Source of the DNA: an uncultured Gammaproteobacteria bacterium | Lineage (GTDB): Bacteria; Patescibacteriota; Microgenomatia; Levybacterales; GWA1-39-11 | Direction of reading: 5' to 3' | Length of the DNA: 64,000 bases | Assembly (NCBI GenBank): GCA_964537315.1 | Contig: CAZIAP010000001.1 | Coordinates: forward strand, 314,888 to 378,887 | Shown: in pieces, positions 21,096-29,738 of the stretch | How positions within the stretch are numbered: position 1 is the stretch's first letter | How the letters are laid out: every line of letters begins with the position of its first letter | Program-made: the position numbers and the translations under genes | Notes under the pieces: model-generated | The model's input: the letters and a program-made list of their open reading frames with translations, nothing else | What the model was told of the DNA's origin: nothing | Database searches by the model: none

Positions 21096-22823
21096 CTATA
21101 AATTGGTTAAGAAGCCATGTTCTGTCATTCTTTCTACAACTTCTTCAACCATATCATTTCTAATGTACAGATTTGTCTGTAAATCATAATTTTCGTGAAC
21201 AGAAATAGCTTGTAACTCTCTGTTTTCAATATCTGCGATGTTTGTATAATTTTCATCGACAAATTTATTAAACTCTGTGGCATAAGTTGCAGGACTTCGA
21301 CCATGAATAAAAAAGTTTCTATTGTAGTACATCACGACTGGCTTATTTTTATCAAAGTCTTGAATAATCTGTCTTTGAGTCTCGGAGTTAATCCCCAGAC
21401 CAGGAATTATAATTTGGAAACGTGATGGTACTTCTCGATTTGTGTAAAATAGTTCTTCAAACTCAAACGGTCCGATCCATACATACTCATCATCGTTCGT
21501 AATAGAATTTAGTATTGGAGCGGTTGTAGGTCGGTCATAAATAGCCGGTGCAAACCCCATAAATTTGTTGTATGTTTTCTCACCATATGCTCTTAAGAGG
21601 TACGCTGAGGTAAAGAAGCTATATATTCCCAACACTATAAATAGAGCTGCCACAATTATTTTCCTCACGTCAAATACTCTAGTTTTTAAGAACTGATACA
21701 TTTCGTAAAGCACAAAAACACCGTTAAAAAGTGAAAGCACAATATAGACTGCAGATTGATAATCCGTTTCTTTAGAGGTTAGAGGATTACTTCTCACATT
21801 TGAGTAAACCATGTAAAAAAAGAGGAATGCAGCCAAAACAAACTTTTTTCTTAGTATCAAATACACAATCATTACACTATTTGCCAGAGCTAAGGTTATA
21901 TTGAATGGGAATGAGAAATTGAAGCTAGATGCTTGATTGAGTAAAACAGTAAAGTTACTAAAGAAATTATAAAAAATTACAATTGCGTACCGTATCGGAT
22001 TTATGTTGTTTTGCCCTTCTTGATGTCCGGGATAGTTATACACGTAATACTTACCGTTAAACTCAATTGCTTGAAATAGATAATCAGTCAAGCTACCGGT
22101 TACAATGAAATAGAAAAATAATAAAAGATATGGAATAGCAAAAATGAGTATCGGTGACAACAAACTTTTAGAAAGTTTCCACTTAGTCTGTACAAGATAG
22201 TAATAAGCGGTATACAGATAAATGCCTGCCACTAGAAACGCGTATGTCAAAGAACTAAAGAGCGCTAAAAACGTAAAAACAGAGATGATGATTAGATCAA
22301 GACGAAGTAATGGTTTTTTGGTAACTGTTCTATAAAATAAAATCCCAAATACAGGGGTGAGTAGATAGGCAGCTATGTTGTCCGCAAGCAACATCTGTCC
22401 CCAAAAATATGTCGATGCTACTGACAGGACAACTAAAAATACCAGGTATACTCTTCCGATCTCATACCCAAAATAACGTTTAAAGTATAGATAAGTTCCG
22501 AGGAAAAAAGCAAAAAGCAAACCCGCGTAAATAAATCTAAACTTTACAAATGACTGTCCGCTAAATATTTCGATTGCAGCAGCGATCCAATAGGCTATCG
22601 GGTTATGATGAGTAAACCAATCCCGATATATTAGCTTGCCTTGTAAGGTATACCACCCACCAAGAATATTATCGAACTCGTCAGGATAACTTTCGTGCAG
22701 AGTATTGGTTAATAACAAAAAGAGAATAACACCAAAAAATATTAGTGTTACCAAAACGTTTCTTTCTTTTATGTATGAAAGAACCCTAGTAATACGCTTT
22801 CTCATATCAGAAAATAATTTCAA
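21096..22823 (-). CDS. GT-C membrane glycosyltransferase
   Basis: YPDE, GKLIYRDWFTHHNP; resembles 18028..19608. Start is TTG or ATG 22805. Confidence 0.78.
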   Translation of the reverse strand: MKLFSDMRKRITRVLSYIKERNVLVTLIFFGVILFLLLTNTLHESYPDEFDNILGGWYTLQGKLIYRDWFTHHNPIAYWIAAAIEIFSGQSFVKFRFIYAGLLFAFFLGTYLYFKRYFGYEIGRVYLVFLVVLSVASTYFWGQMLLADNIAAYLLTPVFGILFYRTVTKKPLLRLDLIIISVFTFLALFSSLTYAFLVAGIYLYTAYYYLVQTKWKLSKSLLSPILIFAIPYLLLFFYFIVTGSLTDYLFQAIEFNGKYYVYNYPGHQEGQNNINPIRYAIVIFYNFFSNFTVLLNQASSFNFSFPFNITLALANSVMIVYLILRKKFVLAAFLFFYMVYSNVRSNPLTSKETDYQSAVYIVLSLFNGVFVLYEMYQFLKTRVFDVRKIIVAALFIVLGIYSFFTSAYLLRAYGEKTYNKFMGFAPAIYDRPTTAPILNSITNDDEYVWIGPFEFEELFYTNREVPSRFQIIIPGLGINSETQRQIIQDFDKNKPVVMYYNRNFFIHGRSPATYATEFNKFVDENYTNIADIENRELQAISVHENYDLQTNLYIRNDMVEEVVERMTEHGFLTNL

Positions 22824-22840
22824 ATTTATTGTAACATACC

Positions 22841-24535
22841 TTACTCAACCATTTTAACTGCAACTTCACCATTTAAATACTCAACTATATATACAGGCAA
22901 AACAGATTCCAGAAAGTCCTGAGTGCGTCCGACATGCAACACATTTCCTTCGCTTCTTTCATACTCAATCGGCTTGAAAACATATGAATCAAATTCCCTA
23001 TACCCACCTTCAAGATATTTTTTGACATCTTCATGATATTTTTTAGGAGGATACTGCAAGTGATATAAAAAGAAAATATATGATTGATCAAGCGGTGACT
23101 GGTCTGCAACTACTATTTTGTCATACCTATGTTTATTTTTTTCTGTGTATTCCACTACTTGTTTATATCCATACTGCCATTCCTGTGATGAAAAGTGGTT
23201 GTACTGCGAAAAGTATTGATTGAGATAGTAAGCTCCGCTTACAGTAGTAAGAATAAAGAATAAAGTATAAAGTAACGGACTTAATACCTGATACTTCATA
23301 CCTGATACTTTATACCTTGATATAAAAAGGAATGTTTGCACCAAACCAACTGCTCCAAAGATTTGAAATAGTGGCAAAAAATTCAAGGTTCGAACACTAC
23401 TGGGAACATCCCAGGTAACTGCTGCAGGAACTGGAACCAATAAAAACCATCCGAAAATAAAAAGTTTAATGCTTCTTGATATACCGCTAAGTAATAGTGT
23501 ATAGATTCCGATAAGAATGAATGGTAGAGTCCATATGTAAAGGTTTCCCATTGAAGGCGCATGATGTCTTTCGATAGTATCCCCTGTTACGAAAAGCCAG
23601 TTCGGATTAAAGTGCGCAAGGTAATTACCAATTATTATTTTTGTGTGTACTACCCTCGCGTTATTAAATATTATTCCAAGATAGTCACCTTGCATACGGT
23701 TTTGTGCTGTACGTGCATATGCTTCTTGAACCTGAGGATACTCTCGTGCAAATACGCTTACCCCACGTGCTCTGCTCAACGAATCTGGATTGGTAAGTGT
23801 GCTTGAGACAAAAGGAAAAACAATGATAGCACCGATTACAACAGTTAAAATAAGTACTGGTCTGGAAACACTTGATAATATTTTTTTCCAAAATAAAGTG
23901 AGTAACAATATCACCATTAACGGTACAAATAGCTTCTCACTCTGGTATAGATAAAGCGCAGAACCTAGAAACACCACACTAAGTGGAAATAATTTATTTT
24001 TGCGAAGTCCTGCGAAAAAAAACAAAAAACCTAAAATATTAAATGTAACTGCCGCATTCGCTTCAAAGGCTACTCGAGAAAACTGAATATGCCAAGGAGA
24101 AATAGCCAAAAGTCCTGCAGCGACTATTGGGGTTATTGCTGCCCATTTGCCGACTAGTGGACTATCATCTGATTTGTTTTTAACCTTTAAAAATCTCAGA
24201 GACAGAAATTCTTTTACCAAGAAATAAGTAGCGATTACAGCTGTAATCCCAAGCAATGCTGATGGAAGTCTTACTGCAATGTCAGACAACCCAAATAATG
24301 CAATGAGTGGAATAATAAAATAGACATACAATGCAGGTTTAAAATCCCCAAATGACCGAATTGTTAGGGGTAAAAACTCTCCATATTCATCTCTACCTGT
24401 TTGCAAAATTGAGTATGCGTTATATCCTAGCGCTGCCTCATCCCAATCAAGAGATACAGGAATATTCCCGAGCTGCCACAATCTTAGAACCGCGGCAATC
24501 AAAATGACAAAAAATAAAATTAATTTATATTTCAT
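22841..24535 (-). CDS. ArnT/PMT-family GT-C glycosyltransferase (paralog 1 of 3)
   Basis: WDEA, GRDEYG, RLPSA, AISPWHIQFSR. Confidence 0.88.
   Translation of the reverse strand: MKYKLILFFVILIAAVLRLWQLGNIPVSLDWDEAALGYNAYSILQTGRDEYGEFLPLTIRSFGDFKPALYVYFIIPLIALFGLSDIAVRLPSALLGITAVIATYFLVKEFLSLRFLKVKNKSDDSPLVGKWAAITPIVAAGLLAISPWHIQFSRVAFEANAAVTFNILGFLFFFAGLRKNKLFPLSVVFLGSALYLYQSEKLFVPLMVILLLTLFWKKILSSVSRPVLILTVVIGAIIVFPFVSSTLTNPDSLSRARGVSVFAREYPQVQEAYARTAQNRMQGDYLGIIFNNARVVHTKIIIGNYLAHFNPNWLFVTGDTIERHHAPSMGNLYIWTLPFILIGIYTLLLSGISRSIKLFIFGWFLLVPVPAAVTWDVPSSVRTLNFLPLFQIFGAVGLVQTFLFISRYKVSGMKYQVLSPLLYTLFFILTTVSGAYYLNQYFSQYNHFSSQEWQYGYKQVVEYTEKNKHRYDKIVVADQSPLDQSYIFFLYHLQYPPKKYHEDVKKYLEGGYREFDSYVFKPIEYERSEGNVLHVGRTQDFLESVLPVYIVEYLNGEVAVKMVE
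23245..23320. repeat. Inverted heptamer arrays inside a GT-C CDS
   Basis: aagaata aagaata aagtata aagta ... atacctg atacttc atacctg atacttt atacctt; encodes RYKVSGMKYQVLSPLLYTLFFIL. Confidence 0.75.
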
Positions 24536-24541
24536 ATAAAT

Positions 24542-24573
24542 CAGTATCCAGTATAGTGTATACAGTATTTAGT
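24542..24573. repeat. Intergenic heptamer array (GTA type)
   Basis: cagtatc cagtata gtgtata cagtatt tagt, directly upstream of the 22841..24535 start. Confidence 0.7.
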
Positions 24574-24619
24574 TAGAAAAGAATTCCGTATCTTGAGACG
24601 GTTAAGTTTGCCCCGCTTA

Positions 24620-26248
24620 CTAAATGTCCACAGTGTATACAATAAAAACAGTTTTTCCATTCATTAATTTGATTTCTTTCTGAATATTTGCATCCTCTGG
24701 TACCAGCTCCGGGACATTGATATAAAGATTGCTGCCTTCTACTGTATGCGGTAAGTCTTTTCCAAAATGGAGATTTTCATAACGATTTACAGAGACAAAT
24801 CCAAATGAGTCTCTATGTATATCAGCATTAGTTCTAAAACTATTCGGATCTACCTGGTGATACAAGAGAAAGTAGATATATGGTCTTCCGAGCTGCGATG
24901 TTATATACACCGCGTCATAGTCATCCTTTTTTTGTTCAATATACTGGGCTGCTTCTTTATACCCATACTGCCATTCACCTGAGTATTTTTCAGCGTAGTT
25001 CTGTGAATATCCATACAAAAAGTACCAGAGATTTATTGCCAGCAATACAAGTAACATTGCTCCTATAACCCGCTGTCGCTTAAAAAACGCAAGTGCAGAT
25101 ACAAAACCATACGCTGCTATAATCTGTACTGTAGGAAGTACAGTCTCGATACGCAACGCATGAGGAGTTTCTCGAGCAGTCGCAGCCGGAATTATGCCAA
25201 CTGCAAACCAAACCGGAATCAACCACCAATGACCTTCCTTTCTACGAACCAAAAGAAATATTCCCAAACCCACAAACACAATATCCCAAAGATACAACTG
25301 CCCAACTTCTTGTGTTGAAAACCGCGGATTCACATCTCCTGAGATAAACAAAAACTGTGGATCAATATGGTCAAGATAATGTTTTATGTATTCGCGAGTA
25401 TACCCAACTCTACGGTTATTAATTATTTTTGACCACCACGCGTTGTCATCGTTTGCTATCTTTTGATTCGCCTCTTCTACGATTCTAATGTCACTAAATA
25501 TATTGACCTCCCGAAATCTTAAATTTGCTTGTGGTGAAAGAAGAAAGGGAATAAGCGGCAACACTAACAGTCCTCCTACAAGACCTGCAATAAGCGTTGA
25601 TTTTTTGTTCTCCCAAAGTTTACGCCAAAATACGATTACTAATACAAAAACTAGAAGTGGAGCAACAATGCGCGTGGTGTTAAATGTATAAAACGAGAGT
25701 GCAAATGAGATAGCTGATAAAGTTAAATACCAAGGTTTCGTGTTAACTGCTTTTATAAATGCGTAAACTCCAAATACTATGAAAAAACTCGCCACATTTG
25801 CTTCAAACGCAGCGCGTGATAGCATGATATGCCAAGGAGATACAGCTAAAAATAATGAGGAAAATAATGCAATCAACTCTATTCTCTTTGCATCTTTGTC
25901 ACGTTTAAAGTGAAAAATTTCTTTGACTAAAAAGTAAGTTGCCAGTACTGTTAGTACTCCGAACAATGCTGATGGAAGACGTACAGCAAACTCTGTAAGT
26001 CCTAAAATTTTTACCGGAACTACCGCCAAGTAAGCATATAACGGCGGCTTAAAATCACCATATGATTCAAGATATTTATATGGTAAAAACTCACCAAACT
26101 CATCTCGTCCATCAATTCCTAAAGTGTAAGCGTTATATCCCCATGCGGCTTCATCCCAATTAAGAGAAGGAGGATTTGTTCCAAGAGCATAGAATCTCAA
26201 AACTGCTGCTATGACTATTATTGCTAATAAAATTAACTTGTATTTCAT
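24620..26248 (-). CDS. ArnT/PMT-family GT-C glycosyltransferase (paralog 2 of 3)
   Basis: WDEA, GRDEFG, RLPSA, AVSPWHIMLSR, PHALR. Confidence 0.88.
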   Translation of the reverse strand: MKYKLILLAIIVIAAVLRFYALGTNPPSLNWDEAAWGYNAYTLGIDGRDEFGEFLPYKYLESYGDFKPPLYAYLAVVPVKILGLTEFAVRLPSALFGVLTVLATYFLVKEIFHFKRDKDAKRIELIALFSSLFLAVSPWHIMLSRAAFEANVASFFIVFGVYAFIKAVNTKPWYLTLSAISFALSFYTFNTTRIVAPLLVFVLVIVFWRKLWENKKSTLIAGLVGGLLVLPLIPFLLSPQANLRFREVNIFSDIRIVEEANQKIANDDNAWWSKIINNRRVGYTREYIKHYLDHIDPQFLFISGDVNPRFSTQEVGQLYLWDIVFVGLGIFLLVRRKEGHWWLIPVWFAVGIIPAATARETPHALRIETVLPTVQIIAAYGFVSALAFFKRQRVIGAMLLVLLAINLWYFLYGYSQNYAEKYSGEWQYGYKEAAQYIEQKKDDYDAVYITSQLGRPYIYFLLYHQVDPNSFRTNADIHRDSFGFVSVNRYENLHFGKDLPHTVEGSNLYINVPELVPEDANIQKEIKLMNGKTVFIVYTVDI

Positions 26249-26287
26249 GTTTATATGTTACTTATTAACCTTCCAACTTTTTAACAT

Positions 26288-27955
26288 TTAATATTCCGTT
26301 TTTTGAACCTGTCCAACAAAGTATATGACATTATTGTTAATATCCTTAATTTCCGAAATAAGACCAGGTGGTTGCGTTTGTTCTTGGTATTCTTCCGGTG
26401 ATAGGATAACTAACGCATTTTTTGCACCCGAGTAATCAATTAAGTTTACTGATCCCAGTTCGCTCGGTCCTTCTTTTATCCACGAGGTGCCTCCAAATTT
26501 ATATTTACCAAATTGATACGGAGTGCCATTTTCTTGATACTCTTTTGGATCGTACTGAGTGTAAAATAATGTATAAATATACGGTTGCCAGTAGTGCCCT
26601 GAAATTATTACAGATTCATACTTCGAATGATTTTCTTGTACATACTCATTCAACTGTTTATACCCGTCTCCCCAATCCTTTGCGGTGAGAAAAGTACTGG
26701 TCGTAAAATAATTAAACAAATACGTACTAACCCAAAATAAGGCAATAGTCATACCTACCGCAGCAACCGGAATCCGAACGCGTGATTTTAAATGTTGAAA
26801 TAAAAATATAACTCCAATTGCGACTAAAATCTGTGGTACCGGAAGCAGATTCAGTGTACGAAGCGCGTGGGGAGCAAAAATCGAGAGAGCAGCTGGCAAC
26901 GGCGCCAATAACAACCAACCAAATATTACGTACTTAGCTTTTCCTCTTGACCTAGCAAGTATATATCCACCGTATATCAACAAAGGAAGTTCCCACAAAT
27001 ACATCACTCCCATATTCCGAGGGCTATGACGGGGATTAGGATCTCCGGAAGTAAAAAGAAAACTTGGACTGAAGTGAGATAGGTAGTTACTTACGATCTC
27101 ATTAAAATATACTACCCTCTCATTATAAAAAATATTCCCTAAATATCCATTTCCCGACTGAATTGCCCACATCTGAAATAGCGAAACTTTTTCATCAAGA
27201 TTATTAAATACGAGAACATCATTCGCTCGAGATGATCCATCAGATATATAGACTTGTTGGATGACAGGAATAGCTAATACTACAAACAGTATCGAAGCAA
27301 TTATTAACCAGGTTATATTTTTCTTGGCAAGTATTTGTTTCAAAAATACTACCCCAATTACTAGTAGTAAGAGTGGAAGAAACAAATGGATACTTCTATA
27401 AAAGTAAAGACTAACTCCCAAGAATGTAGCTGAGATTATATAGTTATACGATCCCATGCGTATAGCTCGCATCAAAAATGTAAGTCCCAGAACTACAAAA
27501 AACAATCCTCCATTTGCTTCGTATGCAGCACGCGAAAACTGAATGTGCCATGGAGAGATTGCTAAAAGCCCTGCAGATAGAAGTGAAATTGGTTCTTTTA
27601 TTTTTGAAAACTCAAAATGCCGTAGTAGTTCCCTAGTTAAAAAGAAAGTTGCTATAACTGTACCAATTCCAAATAGCGCTGAAGGGAGACGAGTGGTAAA
27701 CTCATTTAACCCAAGTAATTTTATAACTAATGCCGCCGAATATATGTAGCCGGGCATTTTGTAATCACCAAATGCCTCAAATAAAGTAGGGAGGAACACA
27801 CCATGTTCATCACGAAAAGTCTGGGCAATTGAAAAAGCATTGTATCCGATAGAAGCCTCATCCCAGTAAATCGATACCGGCACACTTCCAAGCTGCCAAA
27901 GCCTGAGAGCTGAAGCAATTATAATAATCAAGAATAAAGCCAGTTTAAGTTTCAC
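26288..27955 (-). CDS. ArnT/PMT-family GT-C glycosyltransferase (paralog 3 of 3)
   Basis: WDEA, RDEHG, RLPSA, AISPWHIQFSR, PHALR; GTG start. Confidence 0.88.
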   Translation of the reverse strand: MKLKLALFLIIIIASALRLWQLGSVPVSIYWDEASIGYNAFSIAQTFRDEHGVFLPTLFEAFGDYKMPGYIYSAALVIKLLGLNEFTTRLPSALFGIGTVIATFFLTRELLRHFEFSKIKEPISLLSAGLLAISPWHIQFSRAAYEANGGLFFVVLGLTFLMRAIRMGSYNYIISATFLGVSLYFYRSIHLFLPLLLLVIGVVFLKQILAKKNITWLIIASILFVVLAIPVIQQVYISDGSSRANDVLVFNNLDEKVSLFQMWAIQSGNGYLGNIFYNERVVYFNEIVSNYLSHFSPSFLFTSGDPNPRHSPRNMGVMYLWELPLLIYGGYILARSRGKAKYVIFGWLLLAPLPAALSIFAPHALRTLNLLPVPQILVAIGVIFLFQHLKSRVRIPVAAVGMTIALFWVSTYLFNYFTTSTFLTAKDWGDGYKQLNEYVQENHSKYESVIISGHYWQPYIYTLFYTQYDPKEYQENGTPYQFGKYKFGGTSWIKEGPSELGSVNLIDYSGAKNALVILSPEEYQEQTQPPGLISEIKDINNNVIYFVGQVQKTEY

Positions 27956-27999
27956 AGTAATCTGTATTCAGTATTTATCTATAATCATAATTCATATAT

Positions 28000-28716
28000 C
28001 TAATCTCTAAACCGATACTTGATGAGTGTTTTTAGTGCTTCTATACCTTCAGGAATAGTCTGAAGTTTTTTTCCTTCCTCATATCCACGTGGCGTAGTAC
28101 GTATTGATATCTCGTGTATTTTATAGCCTGCTTTGATCAGTTTTGCGGTAACTTCCGGTTCAAAGTTAAATCCATTTCCCATTATCTTAGTTTTTTGAAT
28201 AAATTTTTTAGGAAAAATTTTATAACAAGTCTCCATATCTGTAACCCATTGCAAGTATAGAATACTGGTAATTAAACTCAAAAATCTGTTACCAAGATAA
28301 TGGATAAGAAATCTTGGACGTGACTCCTCTCCTCTAAGATGAGGCAAGCGCTTCAAACGTGTACCATAAACTACTTCTGCCTTTCCTTCCTGAATAGGAC
28401 GAAATAGTTTTTTCAAATCAGAAGGATTATACTCTAGATCCGCATCCTGAATTACGAAGTAGTCTCCGGTAGCTGCTCCCATACCGGTACGTACAGCAGC
28501 TCCTTTTCCTTTGTTTTTTTGATGTGTTAATACAGTCAGATTTGGGATCTTTTTTTCCAAGCTTGTTAAAATTTTTCCTGTATTGTCTGATGAGTAATCG
28601 TTTACTATTACAATTTCTTTGTCTGACGGTGAAATATCTACAGAGGAGACTTTTCTAATTACTTGCTCTACTGTTTTTTCTTCGTTAAAAACAGGAATAA
28701 TTATGGATAATTTCAT
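28000..28716 (-). CDS. GT2 polyprenyl-phosphate glycosyltransferase (DPM1-like)
   Basis: NKGKGAA, IQDADLEY, TDMETCYK, FEPEVTAK. Confidence 0.92.
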   Translation of the reverse strand: MKLSIIIPVFNEEKTVEQVIRKVSSVDISPSDKEIVIVNDYSSDNTGKILTSLEKKIPNLTVLTHQKNKGKGAAVRTGMGAATGDYFVIQDADLEYNPSDLKKLFRPIQEGKAEVVYGTRLKRLPHLRGEESRPRFLIHYLGNRFLSLITSILYLQWVTDMETCYKIFPKKFIQKTKIMGNGFNFEPEVTAKLIKAGYKIHEISIRTTPRGYEEGKKLQTIPEGIEALKTLIKYRFRD

Positions 28717-28747
28717 CTACTGATAAATTATATCAGTAAATTGCTTG

Positions 28748-29692
28748 CTATAACAGTACATTATGAAAGACTTCTTTATCTGATAAGACAAACAGCTGCT
28801 TACTTCTTTTACGTTTACTAAGAATTTCAGGTAAGCTGACTATTGCGAGAAAAAGTCCACTAAAAAACATCCAATCTCGGGAGAGTGTAAATCTTAAAAC
28901 ATAATATGGGAAGTACCATAGATGTGAAAGGAGATACATAACGTCGGTAATATTTTTCCAGACAAAAATTATTTGATTACGATACGCAATCTTTTTAACT
29001 TGATCTCTGGTAAAGTTTTGTTTAATAGCCCCCTCTTCGTGACGGTGCTCAACTACACTTTTTCTATCGAATTTTATCTTATAACCTGACTTTAAAGCTC
29101 GATAAGATAGATCGATATCCTCCCAATAAAATGGATTATATATCTCATCAAAACCCCCAAGTTTTTGAAAAATTGAAGCTCTAACTATACTACTTCCTCC
29201 GGATACCCATAATGTGTTTGTGTCGTCTACACTTCCCTTCCTGTGCATCAAAAATCCCTGTTCAAATTTACCTAGCCCTCTTCCACGCAAAACCTCTTTC
29301 CCTCCCTCTATGCTTCTATCCATACATCCGACTGCAAACAAACTTTCTTGCTCCTCAAATTGTGGAATTACTGAGTCTAAAAAGTTTTCTTCAGGAATTA
29401 CATCGCTATTTAATAAAACTAATAGATCAGCACTACTTTGCCCAGCACCAACATTAACAGTTTTAGAAAACCCGTAGTTTCTTTTATTTCTAATCAGGGA
29501 TATAGGAATTGAGTCAGTTTTTCTGAAGCGCGCAATAAATGATTCAAGAGCCTCATAATCCTCAATTTTTGAGTGATCATCAACAATGATAATTCCGGCA
29601 TCATGTTTTTTAACAGCACGGACTACCGAATTAAGATTTTTTTCGATTATTTTTGATCCGTTATAGTTAGGAATAATTACATCAATTTTCAT
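28748..29692 (-). CDS. GT2 glycosyltransferase (WbbL/rhamnosyltransferase-like)
   Basis: NYGF, LLNSD, GGFDE, YWEDIDLSYRA. Confidence 0.9.
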   Translation of the reverse strand: MKIDVIIPNYNGSKIIEKNLNSVVRAVKKHDAGIIIVDDHSKIEDYEALESFIARFRKTDSIPISLIRNKRNYGFSKTVNVGAGQSSADLLVLLNSDVIPEENFLDSVIPQFEEQESLFAVGCMDRSIEGGKEVLRGRGLGKFEQGFLMHRKGSVDDTNTLWVSGGSSIVRASIFQKLGGFDEIYNPFYWEDIDLSYRALKSGYKIKFDRKSVVEHRHEEGAIKQNFTRDQVKKIAYRNQIIFVWKNITDVMYLLSHLWYFPYYVLRFTLSRDWMFFSGLFLAIVSLPEILSKRKRSKQLFVLSDKEVFHNVLL

Positions 29693-29738
29693 AAGTAATT
29701 AAGTTTCAGTTAAGCATTAATTCGTACGTGATTCAGTC

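Noticed and set aside
26262-26290. Short 8-nt-periodic run (taaccttc caactttt taacattt)
   Set aside because: Only three degenerate units in AT-rich DNA; cannot be distinguished from chance.
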